Positions 31,138 through 40,745 of a stretch of 64,000 nt of DNA are shown here, in pieces. Position numbers and translations under genes: made by a program. The DNA lies in the NCBI GenBank assembly GCA_040220235.1, contig JAVJTO010000051.1. One strand, given 5' to 3'. The notes under the pieces were generated by a model. The model saw only the letters and a program-made list of their open reading frames with translations. It did no database searches and was not told the DNA's origin. The stretch's first letter is position 1. Each line of letters starts with the position of its first letter. The stretch is from Coleofasciculus sp. B1-GNL1-01. Its GTDB lineage: Bacteria > Cyanobacteriota > Cyanobacteriia > Cyanobacteriales > Coleofasciculaceae.

Positions 31138-31428
31138 AAGCGCTATTCAAAACCAAGATTACGTTGATGATTGAGTGTTCCTGATTACACGATTAACTTG
31201 CATAGTAAATCACTATAGCTTAAACTTATCCCCACAAATTCCCAACTGAGATTTTCTTGGAGACGCCCATGCTCTAATATTAGCGCTTTCCTTTCCCTTG
31301 ACCAATTATAGACCTGACTTTTCAGGGGATAGCGGTTAGGACAGATCATTGTAGAGACGTTGCCTGAAATAATGTAGAGACGCTGAAATAATGTAGAGTA
31401 GAGACGCGCCATGGCGCGTCTCTACATA

Positions 31429-31500
31429 AGCGGGTAACGCGATTCGAACGCGCGACATTCACCTTGGCAAGGTGACGCTCTACCACTGAGCTATACCCGC
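31429..31500 (-). tRNA. trnG: tRNA-Gly(GCC)
   Basis: GCGGGTATAGCTCAGTGGTAGAGCG-TCACC TT GCC AA GGTGA...GTTCGAATC...TACCCGCT. Confidence 0.97.
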
Positions 31501-31619
31501 ATTTATTTTGCTTTTTACAGTGTCTCAGAATAATCCGGGTTTGTCAAGTTATTTGTTATTTGCCATAGCTCCTCTGTTCCGAGACAGGCTTTGGCATGTT
31601 TCCCGATCTGATGAGTGGC

Positions 31620-32222
31620 TCATGAATTCCCAGACTCATTGTATTCAGAAGCGGACTCTGAAGGAAGAGACCGCCCGGATGAAACAGGTAAGGACTGAGT
31701 AGTTCCTGCTGTATCATAAGCATTATAAGAGGTTGAGCCATTTTGCCCCTTGAACTGCTGCATTAAACTCGCCATTTCTAAGGCACTCATGGCATATTCC
31801 CAACCCTTATTACTCTTAATTCCTGCCCGTTCCAAGGCTTGCTGCATCGTATCAGCCGTTAGAATTCCAAAGACTACAGGAATTCCAGTTTGAAAGCTAG
31901 CGGCGGCAATGCCCTTAGAGACTTCAGCCGCCACATAATCAAAATGGGGGGTTTGACCGCGAATGACAGCGCCCAAGCAAATCACCGCATCATAGCGGTG
32001 GCTAAGGGCAGCTTGACGAGCCATGAGAGGGACTTCAAAACTACCTGGCACCCAAATATAATCAACTTGGGAGCCATGAGGATTGGGATCAACACCGTGG
32101 CGTTTCAGGCAATCTTGACACCCGGCTAATAGCTTCTCTGTCACGAGATCATTAAATCGACCGATGATAATTGCCAAGCGCAGGGAGCTGGCTGATGTAA
32201 AATTTCCCTCAAAAACTGCCAT
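31620..32222 (-). CDS. ribH: 6,7-dimethyl-8-ribityllumazine synthase
   Basis: [22 protein letters not shown] motifs. Confidence 0.97.
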   Translation of the reverse strand: MAVFEGNFTSASSLRLAIIIGRFNDLVTEKLLAGCQDCLKRHGVDPNPHGSQVDYIWVPGSFEVPLMARQAALSHRYDAVICLGAVIRGQTPHFDYVAAEVSKGIAAASFQTGIPVVFGILTADTMQQALERAGIKSNKGWEYAMSALEMASLMQQFKGQNGSTSYNAYDTAGTTQSLPVSSGRSLPSESASEYNESGNS

Positions 32223-32312
32223 GGCTATCTTTCTTTGCCCTCTTGCGTCATGAGCATCTGTCTGTTGGTGAAGAAGCCCCGTCTGAATTTAATCATTCAG
32301 GCGGGGAGAAAG

Positions 32313-32504
32313 TCAGGCTACCACAAAATAGTTCAGGACGCCAACCACAATGACCAGAGCCAGCCAAAGCCCTGAACCTATCCAAATCAAATTTTTTGAT
32401 TGCTCCCAGTTTTGGGGGGTAGCATAGGCGACGGGAACGCCCACCACCATGACGAATGACAAAATTACCAAAGCTGCCAGTGATATTTGAAATAAGATAG
32501 ACAT
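32313..32504 (-). CDS. psbZ: photosystem II protein Z
   Basis: [19 protein letters not shown]; psbZ-ribH-trnG synteny. Confidence 0.95.
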   Translation of the reverse strand: MSILFQISLAALVILSFVMVVGVPVAYATPQNWEQSKNLIWIGSGLWLALVIVVGVLNYFVVA

Positions 32505-32619
32505 TTCCTGTTGTGCCTTTCAAGACGTTAAATCCTTCTGATTGTAAGCTACCAAAAATTGACCCGCTTTTTTGAAAAAACTGAAAATCAACAACAAAGT
32601 AGATGGCAGATGAGGAAGA

Positions 32620-32906
32620 TGAGGGAGATGGGGAAGCAGGGGGAGCAGAGGGAGCAGAGGGAGCAGAGGGAGCAGAGGGAGCAGGGGGAGCAGGGGGAGC
32701 AGGGGGAGCAGGGGGAGCAGGGGAAGCAGGGGAAGCAGGGGGAGCAGGGGAAGCAGGGGGAGCAGGGGAAGCAGGGGAAGCAGGGGGAGCAGGGGGAGCA
32801 GAGGGAGCAAACAAATGGCGAATGACAAATGACAAATGACGAATGACAAATGACAAATGACAAATGACAAATGACAAATGACAAATGACAAATGACAAAT
32901 GACAAA
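32620..32906. repeat. STRR microsatellite block: 9-mer GGGGAGCAG variants then heptamer ATGACAA
   Basis: directly visible tandem arrays. Confidence 0.9.
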
Positions 32907-32908
32907 CC

Positions 32909-35695
32909 ATGGACTTAATCTTGTGTCACACGATTAGCGACTTTGATGCCCTCGGAGCGGCTGTTGGGCTGACGCGCCTGAAAACAGGAGCGAAACTTGT
33001 CCTAACAGGCGGCGCTCACCCGGCGGTTCGGGATTTTTTGGCACTGCATCGGGATGAGTATGCTTTGATTGAACGACGTTCGGTTAAAGTAGATCAAATT
33101 CATTCCCTCGTCGTGGTGGATACCCAAAAGCGCGATCGCTTAGGGAAAGCCGCTCAATGGTTCGACTTGCCTCATCTTACTGCCATTGAACTTTACGACC
33201 ATCACGGCGACACTCATTGTGATATTCCTGCTACATTCCGACAGGTTGAACCTGTAGGTGCCACCACAACGCTCATCGTCGAGCAATTACAACAAACCTC
33301 AATCCAATTAACCACCGCCGAAGCCACGGTGATGGCACTCGGTATCCATGTGGATACAGGTTCCTTAACCTTTGACCAAACCACCCCACGGGATGCCATG
33401 GCTCTGGCTTGGGTAATGGCACAAGGGGCAAATATCCGCCAGATTGCTGACTATGTTGATCCAGGACTTTCGCCCCAGTTGCAACAACTGCTCACCACAG
33501 CCCTAGAGCAGTTAAAATCTGAAAATTATCAAGGTAATACCCTGTCCTGGGTGTTCCTGAAAACTCAAGACTATGTACCGGGACTCTCAAGTTTAGCCTC
33601 ACGATTAGTTGATCTGACTGAAAGCGACGCCCTATTGCTGGCGGCAGAATATGGGGAAGATGGGGGAGATGGGGGAGATGGGGGAGATGGGGGAGATGGG
33701 GAAGATGGGGGAGATGGGGGAGAATCCAACCATCAACAATCAAAATCATCCCGTCTCACGATAATAGGGCGATCGCGGATTCCTGGCACGAATTTAAATG
33801 CGCTCTTACAACCCCTAGGTGGAGGGGGGCATTCTCAAGCCGCCGCCGTCACCCTACGCCATGAAAATCCCCCAGAGGTTTTGCCCCAACTCGTTGATCA
33901 ATTCAAGGAGCAAATTCCCCAACCCCTAAGCGCCCTGGAGTTAATGTCCTCCCCGGTGCGAACTATTCGCCCCGATACCACCGTTGGCGAAGCACAGCGG
34001 ATTTTGCTGCGTTATGGGCATTCTGGACTGTCTGTGGTTGATGAACATGACCAGTTAATTGGGATTATTTCACGGCGAGATATTGATCTGGCGCTGCATC
34101 ACGGTTTAGGTCATGCTCCAGTTAAAGGGTATATGACCCGAAACCTGAAAACCATTACCCCCCAAACCTCACTGCCAGAAATTGAGTCGCTGATGGTGAC
34201 TTATGATATTGGACGCTTACCCGTGTTAGAGAATGGGCAGTTAGTCGGGATTGTCACTCGTACTGATGTCCTGCGACAAGTACGCCAAGATCAAGAGCGC
34301 TGGGGAGAGACTTGCCCCATCCCGATGACCTATCCCTCATCCCGCCTGTTAAATATGCGGGAACGCCTTGCTCCTGCCCTGTGGCAATTGCTCACTCAAG
34401 CCGCCCAGGAAGCCCAGGAACGGGGTTGGCATCTCTATTTAGTGGGGGGAGCCGTTCGTGACGTATTGCTGGCGGATGAGAGCCAACCTTTGCTCCTAGA
34501 AGACGTAGATTTGGTGGTTGATGGGTTTCATCGGGCGGCTGATGTGGGCGCAGGAGTAACCTTGGCGAAAGCCTTGCGAGAACGGTATCCGAATGCTCGC
34601 TTAGAGGTTCATGGGGCGTTTCAAACGGCAGCATTACTGTGGCATAATGACCCGGTGTTGGATTCCTTGTGGATTGATATTGCCACGGCTCGGACTGAGT
34701 TTTATCCCTATCCAGCGGCGAATCCGGAAGTGGAAGCCAGTTCTATTCGCCAGGATCTCTATCGGCGAGATTTTACGATTAACGCTATGGCAGCCCGACT
34801 GACGGGGAGGCGAGGTGAGGCGTTGCCCCTACTGGATTTTTTTGGTGGGATGTTGGATTTGCGATCGCGTCAAATTCGCGTCTTGCATGCCAATAGTTTT
34901 ATCGAAGATCCCACTCGCATTTATCGAGCCGTTCGGTTTGCCGTGCGCTTAGGCTTTGAACTGGAACCCCAAACCCAAGACTATATCCAGTATGCGTTAG
35001 AGAGTGGCGTTTATGAGCGATCGCTAGGAGCAAAGACGCGAGCGCCTGCCCTAGAAACCCGCTTGAAAGCCGAATTAAAGTACATCCTAGAAGCCCCCTA
35101 TTGGCAACGGGCATTCCAACTCATCGGCTCACTCGGAGCATTACGCTGTCTTCATCCCAGCTTAAAGCTTGACCCATTGTTATGGTGGCGGGTTCGTCTA
35201 ATTGACCGTTGGTTACGACGCTTTGACCCTGACCAAACCCTCAAACATTGGCAGATGCGTCTAGAGGTGTTAATTGCCTATCTAGACCCTCAAGAACGCG
35301 GCAAAGTGGCAGAAAATTTACAACTGCCTATTGATAGTATTGAGCGACTGCAGCATCTCGGACAAGCCCAAACTGAGGTGGTAGAGTCTCTACCCCAATG
35401 TCAGCGTCCCAGTGAAGTCGTTTGGCTGCTACGTCAGTATAAATTACCCACATTGGTTTTGATTGCCGTACACAGTTCTAGAGCAATTCGGCGCAAGTTG
35501 TGGCACTATTTCACAAACTTGGCAATCGTGCAAGTTCCTCTTAATGGCAATGATCTCAAAGGTTTGGGGTATAAGCCAGGACCACACTATAAGGAGATAT
35601 TAGATGCCCTGTTAGCCGCAACTTTGGATGGCGTGATTCAGAATGAGGCAGATGCCAAAGCATTTTTAGAGCAGCATTATCCTTGCTCTAAGTGA
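32909..35695 (+). CDS. DHH-CBS tRNA nucleotidyltransferase (A-adding type)
   Basis: DFD and DHH motifs, CBS pair, LVGGAVRD...[22 protein letters not shown]. Confidence 0.92.
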   Translation: MDLILCHTISDFDALGAAVGLTRLKTGAKLVLTGGAHPAVRDFLALHRDEYALIERRSVKVDQIHSLVVVDTQKRDRLGKAAQWFDLPHLTAIELYDHHGDTHCDIPATFRQVEPVGATTTLIVEQLQQTSIQLTTAEATVMALGIHVDTGSLTFDQTTPRDAMALAWVMAQGANIRQIADYVDPGLSPQLQQLLTTALEQLKSENYQGNTLSWVFLKTQDYVPGLSSLASRLVDLTESDALLLAAEYGEDGGDGGDGGDGGDGEDGGDGGESNHQQSKSSRLTIIGRSRIPGTNLNALLQPLGGGGHSQAAAVTLRHENPPEVLPQLVDQFKEQIPQPLSALELMSSPVRTIRPDTTVGEAQRILLRYGHSGLSVVDEHDQLIGIISRRDIDLALHHGLGHAPVKGYMTRNLKTITPQTSLPEIESLMVTYDIGRLPVLENGQLVGIVTRTDVLRQVRQDQERWGETCPIPMTYPSSRLLNMRERLAPALWQLLTQAAQEAQERGWHLYLVGGAVRDVLLADESQPLLLEDVDLVVDGFHRAADVGAGVTLAKALRERYPNARLEVHGAFQTAALLWHNDPVLDSLWIDIATARTEFYPYPAANPEVEASSIRQDLYRRDFTINAMAARLTGRRGEALPLLDFFGGMLDLRSRQIRVLHANSFIEDPTRIYRAVRFAVRLGFELEPQTQDYIQYALESGVYERSLGAKTRAPALETRLKAELKYILEAPYWQRAFQLIGSLGALRCLHPSLKLDPLLWWRVRLIDRWLRRFDPDQTLKHWQMRLEVLIAYLDPQERGKVAENLQLPIDSIERLQHLGQAQTEVVESLPQCQRPSEVVWLLRQYKLPTLVLIAVHSSRAIRRKLWHYFTNLAIVQVPLNGNDLKGLGYKPGPHYKEILDALLAATLDGVIQNEADAKAFLEQHYPCSK

Positions 35696-35855
35696 GTTTT
35701 GACTCTTGACTTGGCACAATTTGGATATAGTTGGTAAAAGTATAGTCAAATATAGACAGACTGAATTTCATTGCAGAAATTCCCTTCGCTTTTACTTTGA
35801 GAGATTAATTCTCCTGGGGTGAACTACGCACCTCTCTATCCCATAGCGGTTAAAC

Positions 35856-37031
35856 TTATGGGAATGCTTTTCGTAAAATATTGTAGGAACCGATGACATC
35901 AGATTGAACGAGAACCCCCTGCTCTGTACGATATAAACCTCGTTTAATTCTTTTTCCACTAAAAACGGGTTTTTCAGTAGAGACGCGCCATGGCGCGTCT
36001 CTACCATAAACGGGGAGAGGATCTAAATTCAAAAAATTAGAAGCTGAGGTATAGGATTCTTCTTGAAGAATCACCGATATTCCTAGTAATTGACATTTGT
36101 AAATAATCATGTCAATTAATCGAGCATGAGGAACGGTCACAAATTTTTGATTGTTGACTTTTCCTAAGTTCACTTCTTGTTTCCAACCGTCATTTTTCCC
36201 AATAACTAAAGTCGTGATATTTTGGTCAACTAAAAGATTGACTAAATAACGACTAGCTCGATGAAGATAATTATCTATCTTCTGATTACGGCAACGGGTT
36301 AAACGACGGATTCTTTGGGAACTTTTGTGATTGCCTTTTAACAGAGATTGTAACTTCGCTCGACGCTGGTTATAAAATTGATTTAGGCTTTTTAACGGTC
36401 TGCCATTAATCAACAAAGGAGTAAAATCCGGTTGATTTGAAGTTACAGCCATTAAATTATCTATACCTAAATCTATTGCTGCTATCTTTTCATTGGGGGT
36501 TAATAACTGTTCTTTTTCTTCATAAATTACCTCGATTACATAACAATCACATTTCGGAATGATTCTTACTTCTGCTATACGGTTAGCCACTTGACTGGTC
36601 AACTCAATATTAGTTCCTGATAGCTTGACTAATCCTTTTCTTCTGGCTACTTGACTTATCGCTTGAATTGTATAAATTAGCAGATTTCGTCCTTTTTTGG
36701 TATCTTTATAGCCAGGGATTTTCGGTCTGCCTATAAATTTATCGGGATGCTTTTTAAATTCGGAGGTCGCGGCGAAAAATGATTTCCAGTTCCGATCTAA
36801 TCCTCTTAAAACTTGCTGTGATACTTTAGCTGGTAAGGCTTTATATTGTTCGGTCTCTTTCATTAAGGAAGCCATCTGATTATAAGTCAAATACCCATGA
36901 CCATAAATCCAGTTTTGACGGATGAGATAATTGGCTGAGTTGTAAAGATTTTTAGACTGCCAAGACAAGCGATCTATCGACCTCCAAAAACGATGCCCCT
37001 TTTTAATTATATGTCTTTGAGCTAGTCGCAT
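35856..37031 (-). CDS. tnpB: TnpB RNA-guided endonuclease (IS607-associated clade), C-terminus frameshifted
   Basis: MRLAQRHIIKK start; RuvC AIDLG, QEESYTS, SDVIGSYNI; the tail GIERCVVHPRRINL lies in another frame (to 35792). Confidence 0.88.
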   Translation of the reverse strand: MRLAQRHIIKKGHRFWRSIDRLSWQSKNLYNSANYLIRQNWIYGHGYLTYNQMASLMKETEQYKALPAKVSQQVLRGLDRNWKSFFAATSEFKKHPDKFIGRPKIPGYKDTKKGRNLLIYTIQAISQVARRKGLVKLSGTNIELTSQVANRIAEVRIIPKCDCYVIEVIYEEKEQLLTPNEKIAAIDLGIDNLMAVTSNQPDFTPLLINGRPLKSLNQFYNQRRAKLQSLLKGNHKSSQRIRRLTRCRNQKIDNYLHRASRYLVNLLVDQNITTLVIGKNDGWKQEVNLGKVNNQKFVTVPHARLIDMIIYKCQLLGISVILQEESYTSASNFLNLDPLPVYGRDAPWRVSTEKPVFSGKRIKRGLYRTEQGVLVQSDVIGSYNILRKAFP

Positions 37032-37192
37032 TATTGTCCGTGAGATTTTAATTCGGCTATAATCTTTTCGGTTTTTCGTTTCGACCTTCTTAAATTGATG
37101 ACCTGTCAAATTTCCTTGTTTCCACCACATAAAGGCAGTTCGATAACTGATTCCTGCTTTTTTGGTATAGATAGTCGGAGAGAGAGTTTCAT
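37031..37192 (-). pseudogene. tnpA: IS607 TnpA serine recombinase remnant (internal deletion and frameshifts)
   Basis: MKLS/DY/TKKAGISYRTAFMWWKQGNLTGHQ (MerR-like HTH) joined to RRSKRKTEKIIAELKSHGQ*, whose stop overlaps the tnpB ATG. Confidence 0.75.
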
Positions 37193-37246
37193 GTATATAT
37201 TACCCAACATGACTACATCTGACTATATTCTTATTGAAACTTTACA

Positions 37247-37505
37247 ATACCGTCGTAATCAGGTGCAGGAATACATCGTGTGGCAATTTTATGACCAACG
37301 CCTCGATTGGTTTAGATTACGAGATGGTGACTATGTTTCCCTACAACCGGATGATGAAGGGATTGTCAGGAGTGAGGTTTTTCCGGGATTGTGGTTAGCT
37401 GTACCCGCCTTGTTAGCAGGGGATTTGGCTCAAGTGCTGTCAGTATTGCAGGAGGGATTGGCGACACCGGAACATGGGGCATTTGTTGAGCAGTTAAGGG
37501 AGTAA
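37247..37505 (+). pseudogene. C-terminal fragment of a Uma2 (DUF820) endonuclease
   Basis: YRRNQVQEYIVWQFYDQRLDWFRL...SEVFPGLWL; N-terminus missing at the IS end. Confidence 0.8.
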
Positions 37506-39292
37506 TAACTGAAAGGATGTCCTCGGTATTTAAGCCGATCATGATGGGAGTCAGCATTAGCATTAGAAGGAATGTCTAGATCTTTTAGGTGTCGCTTAAC
37601 ACGACGAAGTTGACGTTCCCGTCCTCGATCCAATTGTTTGAGTTGGGAACAAACGATACGCCGCCCTTTAAGTTCTTTAAAACCAACACACCAACAAAAT
37701 ACTGAAGGTGCGTCTGGTGGAGTTCCGATTTGCTTGCGTCCAACGGACATTGAAATAAGTCTCTGATGCAGTCTATAAATAATTTGACCTTTGCTCCTCC
37801 GCGTACCAGGAGAATATGATTTTTCAGAAGAATTTGTTGATTTCTGCTTAGGACAAACGTACTTGAGAATATTGTCAGCTTGTTCAACTTGTTTTTTGAG
37901 TTCTTTTTCAACTGAAGAAGGGCGGATTCTAATTAATCCATCATAGCGGAGTTGGTATCCGAGAAAGGAAACCCAAGGAACAGCAGCCGCATTGTCTTTA
38001 GCTGCCCATTTGTAGGGAGACTTAGATTTTTTATCCCAAAAGCCCTTGTTGTACTTCTCAACCTGCCAGGGATCATGAGGCAGTAAGTTAAGTGAACTCA
38101 GTGCTGTTCTATATTGCTCAAAAGCACTATGACACTTTGCTTTATCCGGATGAACAATAATCATGTCATCACAGTACCTAGCATAAAATAAATCTGGATC
38201 GGGTTTTTCTGGATCTTGGAGTACCTGCCGATCTGCTTGATCGAGCAGTAAGTTAACAACTAAGCATGAAAGCGCACTTCCTTGGGGTATACCGATATAT
38301 TCATTTGATGGATTATTATAGAATTGTTTTAATTCATCTTCGGGCCATCCTGTATAACCTTCAGGATCTTTTTCTTTAAACCATTTATCAGCTTCATTTT
38401 GTGCATACCCTGAAAAGGAATATGATTCTAAATATGCATCAAAAATTTCTCTGGCTCGTTTATCGACTGCTGGTTCACCTGAATTTATCCGCTGTATTGC
38501 TAAATTTAGAGTATCTTTAGCTTTTTGATGGTGTACGCAATCAAAGAACTTCTGAATATCACATTCAGCAACCCAAAGAATTTGATCATCTCTCTGTTCT
38601 CTATACTCGATAATAGCCTTAAAAGCCTCATGATGATTCTTGCCACTTCTAAAGGCATAGGAACAATCCAAAAAAAATTTGTCAAATATTTTACAAAAAT
38701 AGCGAGCGCATAATTTATCTATAATTCGATCAACTATATTTTCGTATACAGCAATTATACGATAACTATGCTCATCAGATTTTGGAATTAGTTTTATACA
38801 AGGCTTACTCATGGAGTAGGGAGCAAACATTACCCAAAGTAGGCATCTTGCAAGGGTTTCAGACCCCTTTGAAAGAGCTAATATCCAAAAATTTGATGCT
38901 CCCATTTGATATGTAAATCCTAGAGCAGCACTCTTGATTTCGTCAATTTTTTTATTAAGATTTTTTAACCATATTTCATTTTTATACTTAGGATTATTAC
39001 GCACCCGCAACACAGTTTTACTAAGAGCTAACTTGTTGATTTCTATACTGCTCTTATTCTTGCGTTCGTGACGATTCGGACGATACCACTGCTTTCGCGG
39101 TGGGAATAAATCATGAATTATTTTGTCTGTTTTTGAAAGCTGGTCAAGCCGATCAGGGTGTATGGGTGGAGGTGCATCTTTTGATATGTTGTAGAGAAAT
39201 TGTTTGTCATGTCGCTTCTTAGCAAGTGTCACTCGCAGGGTACACAACTCACGAATGATATTCTCATCAGAGAAGCATTTTTCTAGGTGCAT
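37430..39292 (-). CDS. stand-alone reverse transcriptase, UG/DRT-like (YCDD)
   Basis: RT motifs PK..YRII, SYAFR, ECDIQKFFD, GIPQGSALS, YARYCDDM, FLGY; probable ATG at 39292 (MHLEKCF); the upstream TTG extension runs through the structured leader. Confidence 0.88.
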   Translation of the reverse strand: MHLEKCFSDENIIRELCTLRVTLAKKRHDKQFLYNISKDAPPPIHPDRLDQLSKTDKIIHDLFPPRKQWYRPNRHERKNKSSIEINKLALSKTVLRVRNNPKYKNEIWLKNLNKKIDEIKSAALGFTYQMGASNFWILALSKGSETLARCLLWVMFAPYSMSKPCIKLIPKSDEHSYRIIAVYENIVDRIIDKLCARYFCKIFDKFFLDCSYAFRSGKNHHEAFKAIIEYREQRDDQILWVAECDIQKFFDCVHHQKAKDTLNLAIQRINSGEPAVDKRAREIFDAYLESYSFSGYAQNEADKWFKEKDPEGYTGWPEDELKQFYNNPSNEYIGIPQGSALSCLVVNLLLDQADRQVLQDPEKPDPDLFYARYCDDMIIVHPDKAKCHSAFEQYRTALSSLNLLPHDPWQVEKYNKGFWDKKSKSPYKWAAKDNAAAVPWVSFLGYQLRYDGLIRIRPSSVEKELKKQVEQADNILKYVCPKQKSTNSSEKSYSPGTRRSKGQIIYRLHQRLISMSVGRKQIGTPPDAPSVFCWCVGFKELKGRRIVCSQLKQLDRGRERQLRRVKRHLKDLDIPSNANADSHHDRLKYRGHPFSYYSLNCSTNAPCSGVANPSCNTDST

Positions 39293-39319
39293 CCTGGACT
39301 CTACATTTATTTGATGGGA

Positions 39320-39510
39320 AAAAGAGGCGGACGAGTCTAGGGGTGGTGTGAGCCTCTTTTTTAAGAAGCCCATTCTACTAGAATACACAATCGTGACTTT
39401 ACAAACCGGACGAATAGTGTACCTAAGTCGGTCTCAAAACTGACTGGTGCTTCGATTTCACCTTGTAAGAAGGCTACCTCCGCCCATCAGACACCCCGGA
39501 CTCGTCCGGT
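39320..39510 (-). ncRNA. putative structured ncRNA/leader associated with the RT
   Basis: 5' GGACGAGUCCGGGGUG pairs with 3' CACCCCUAGACUCGUCC; internal hairpins include UGGGCUUCUU-AAAA-AAGAGGCUCA (39349-39372). Confidence 0.65.
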
Positions 39511-39513
39511 ACT

Positions 39514-39542
39514 AGTCTATTCAAAATATTCTTGGGTTTCAA
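39514..39542 (-). promoter_or_regulatory. sigma70-like promoter for the ncRNA-RT unit
   Basis: TTGAAA (39542-39537), 17-nt spacer, TAGACT (39519-39514); predicted start ~39507-39510. Confidence 0.6.
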
Positions 39543-39662
39543 CTCAACAGTCAAAGTGAGGAAGTTAAAGTTTTGTGTAGGGGCGGGTTTCACCATTATC
39601 GTGTCTTGCCTCACAACAGATATAACTAAACCCGCCCCAACCAAGATTGATTTAACTCAGGA

Positions 39663-40745
39663 TTAAGCAATGGTCACGTCGCCGGACAAGTAAACATCCT
39701 GAATCGTGTGGAACAGCTTAACACCTTCCTCGAAGGGACGCTGAAATGTCTTGCGTCCAGAAATCAGTCCACAACCGCCAGCCCGTTTATTAATCACAGC
39801 AGTGCGAACAGCTTGGGCAAAATCATTTTTCCCCGATGAACCGCCAGAATTAATCAAACCTGCACGACCCGCATAACAGTTGAGAACTTGATAACGAGTC
39901 AAATCAATGGGGTGATCACTGGTGAGTTCCGTATAAACGCGATCATCTGTTCTGCCATATTTTTCGCCCGTAGCTTTAGCCACCGCACCATAGCCATTAT
40001 TGCATTCAGGCTGCTTCTGCTTAATAATATCGGCTTCAATGGTAACACCCAGATGATTGGCTTGACCCGTGAGGTCAGCCGAAAGATGATAATCTTTATC
40101 TTGCTTAAAAACGCTATGGCGTAAATAGCACCACAAGATTGTTGCCATCCCTAACTCATGAGCGCGAGCAAATGCTTTACTCACTTCCTCGATTTGGCGG
40201 CTCGATTCCTCAGACCCAAAGTAAATCGTCGCCCCCACAGCCACAGCGCCTAAGTTCCAGGCTTGCTCGACATTGGCGAACATTAGCTGATCATATCGAT
40301 TCGGATACGTCAGCGTTTCATTGTGGTTCAGTTTAGCAATGAAGGGGATACGGTGGGCATACTTGCGAGACACCATGCCCAAAACCCCTAACGTCGTAGC
40401 AACCGCATTACAACCGCCTTCCAAGGCAAGTTTGACAATATTTTCCGGGTCAAAGTAGACCGGGTTCGGGGCAAAAGAGGCGGCGGCGGAATGTTCAATC
40501 CCTTGGTCTACGGGTAGGATAGACAGATAACCCGTATTAGCAAGGCGTCCGCTGGAGTAGATCTGCTGAAGGCTACGCAACACTGGGGCAGGGCGATCGC
40601 TATTGGCAAAAATCCGTTCCACCCAGTCTGGACTCGGTAAATGTAACAGACGTTTATCCACTTTGGCGTTGTACGTCAATAGATTGTCTGCCTCTTCACC
40701 TAACCAAGATTCTATCGATTGAGGTGCTGTTAAAGTAGCCGTCAT
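39663..40745 (-). CDS. fbaB: class I fructose-bisphosphate aldolase
   Basis: [29 protein letters not shown] motifs. Confidence 0.95.
   Translation of the reverse strand: MTATLTAPQSIESWLGEEADNLLTYNAKVDKRLLHLPSPDWVERIFANSDRPAPVLRSLQQIYSSGRLANTGYLSILPVDQGIEHSAAASFAPNPVYFDPENIVKLALEGGCNAVATTLGVLGMVSRKYAHRIPFIAKLNHNETLTYPNRYDQLMFANVEQAWNLGAVAVGATIYFGSEESSRQIEEVSKAFARAHELGMATILWCYLRHSVFKQDKDYHLSADLTGQANHLGVTIEADIIKQKQPECNNGYGAVAKATGEKYGRTDDRVYTELTSDHPIDLTRYQVLNCYAGRAGLINSGGSSGKNDFAQAVRTAVINKRAGGCGLISGRKTFQRPFEEGVKLFHTIQDVYLSGDVTIA

Larger units (their letters stand above)
35720..37245 (-). mobile_element. IS607-family element (non-autonomous: deleted tnpA + tnpB)
   Basis: tnpA N- and C-terminal remnants fused upstream of tnpB; related motifs TATAGTCAAATATAGACA (35741-35758) and TGACTACATCTGACTATA (37210-37227) near the two ends; boundaries approximate. 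Confidence 0.75.

Noticed and set aside
32293..32910. Low-complexity ORFs over the STRR block (also near 48230-48647 and 53033-53278)
   Set aside because: Stop-free frames generated by 9-mer and 7-mer microsatellites; one overlaps psbZ.
37095..37505. 136-aa plus-strand ORF as an intact gene
   Set aside because: A chimera: the first ~50 codons are the antisense of the IS607 end, and only the remainder is Uma2-like.
39293..39388. N-terminal extension of the RT from the TTG at 39388
   Set aside because: It runs through the predicted hairpins and basal stem; the ATG at 39292 is the more plausible start.
37430..39510. Retron interpretation (terminal inverted repeats resemble a1/a2)
   Set aside because: The RT lacks the retron-specific NAxxH and VTG motifs, I saw no long msd hairpin, and no effector is adjacent. 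Not fully excluded without a phylogeny.
37430..39600. Group II intron or DGR interpretation of the RT
   Set aside because: I saw no domain V/VI after the ORF, no long intron 5' region, and no TR/VR pair or avd gene. The mismatches in the 12878/13778 duplication are not adenine-specific.
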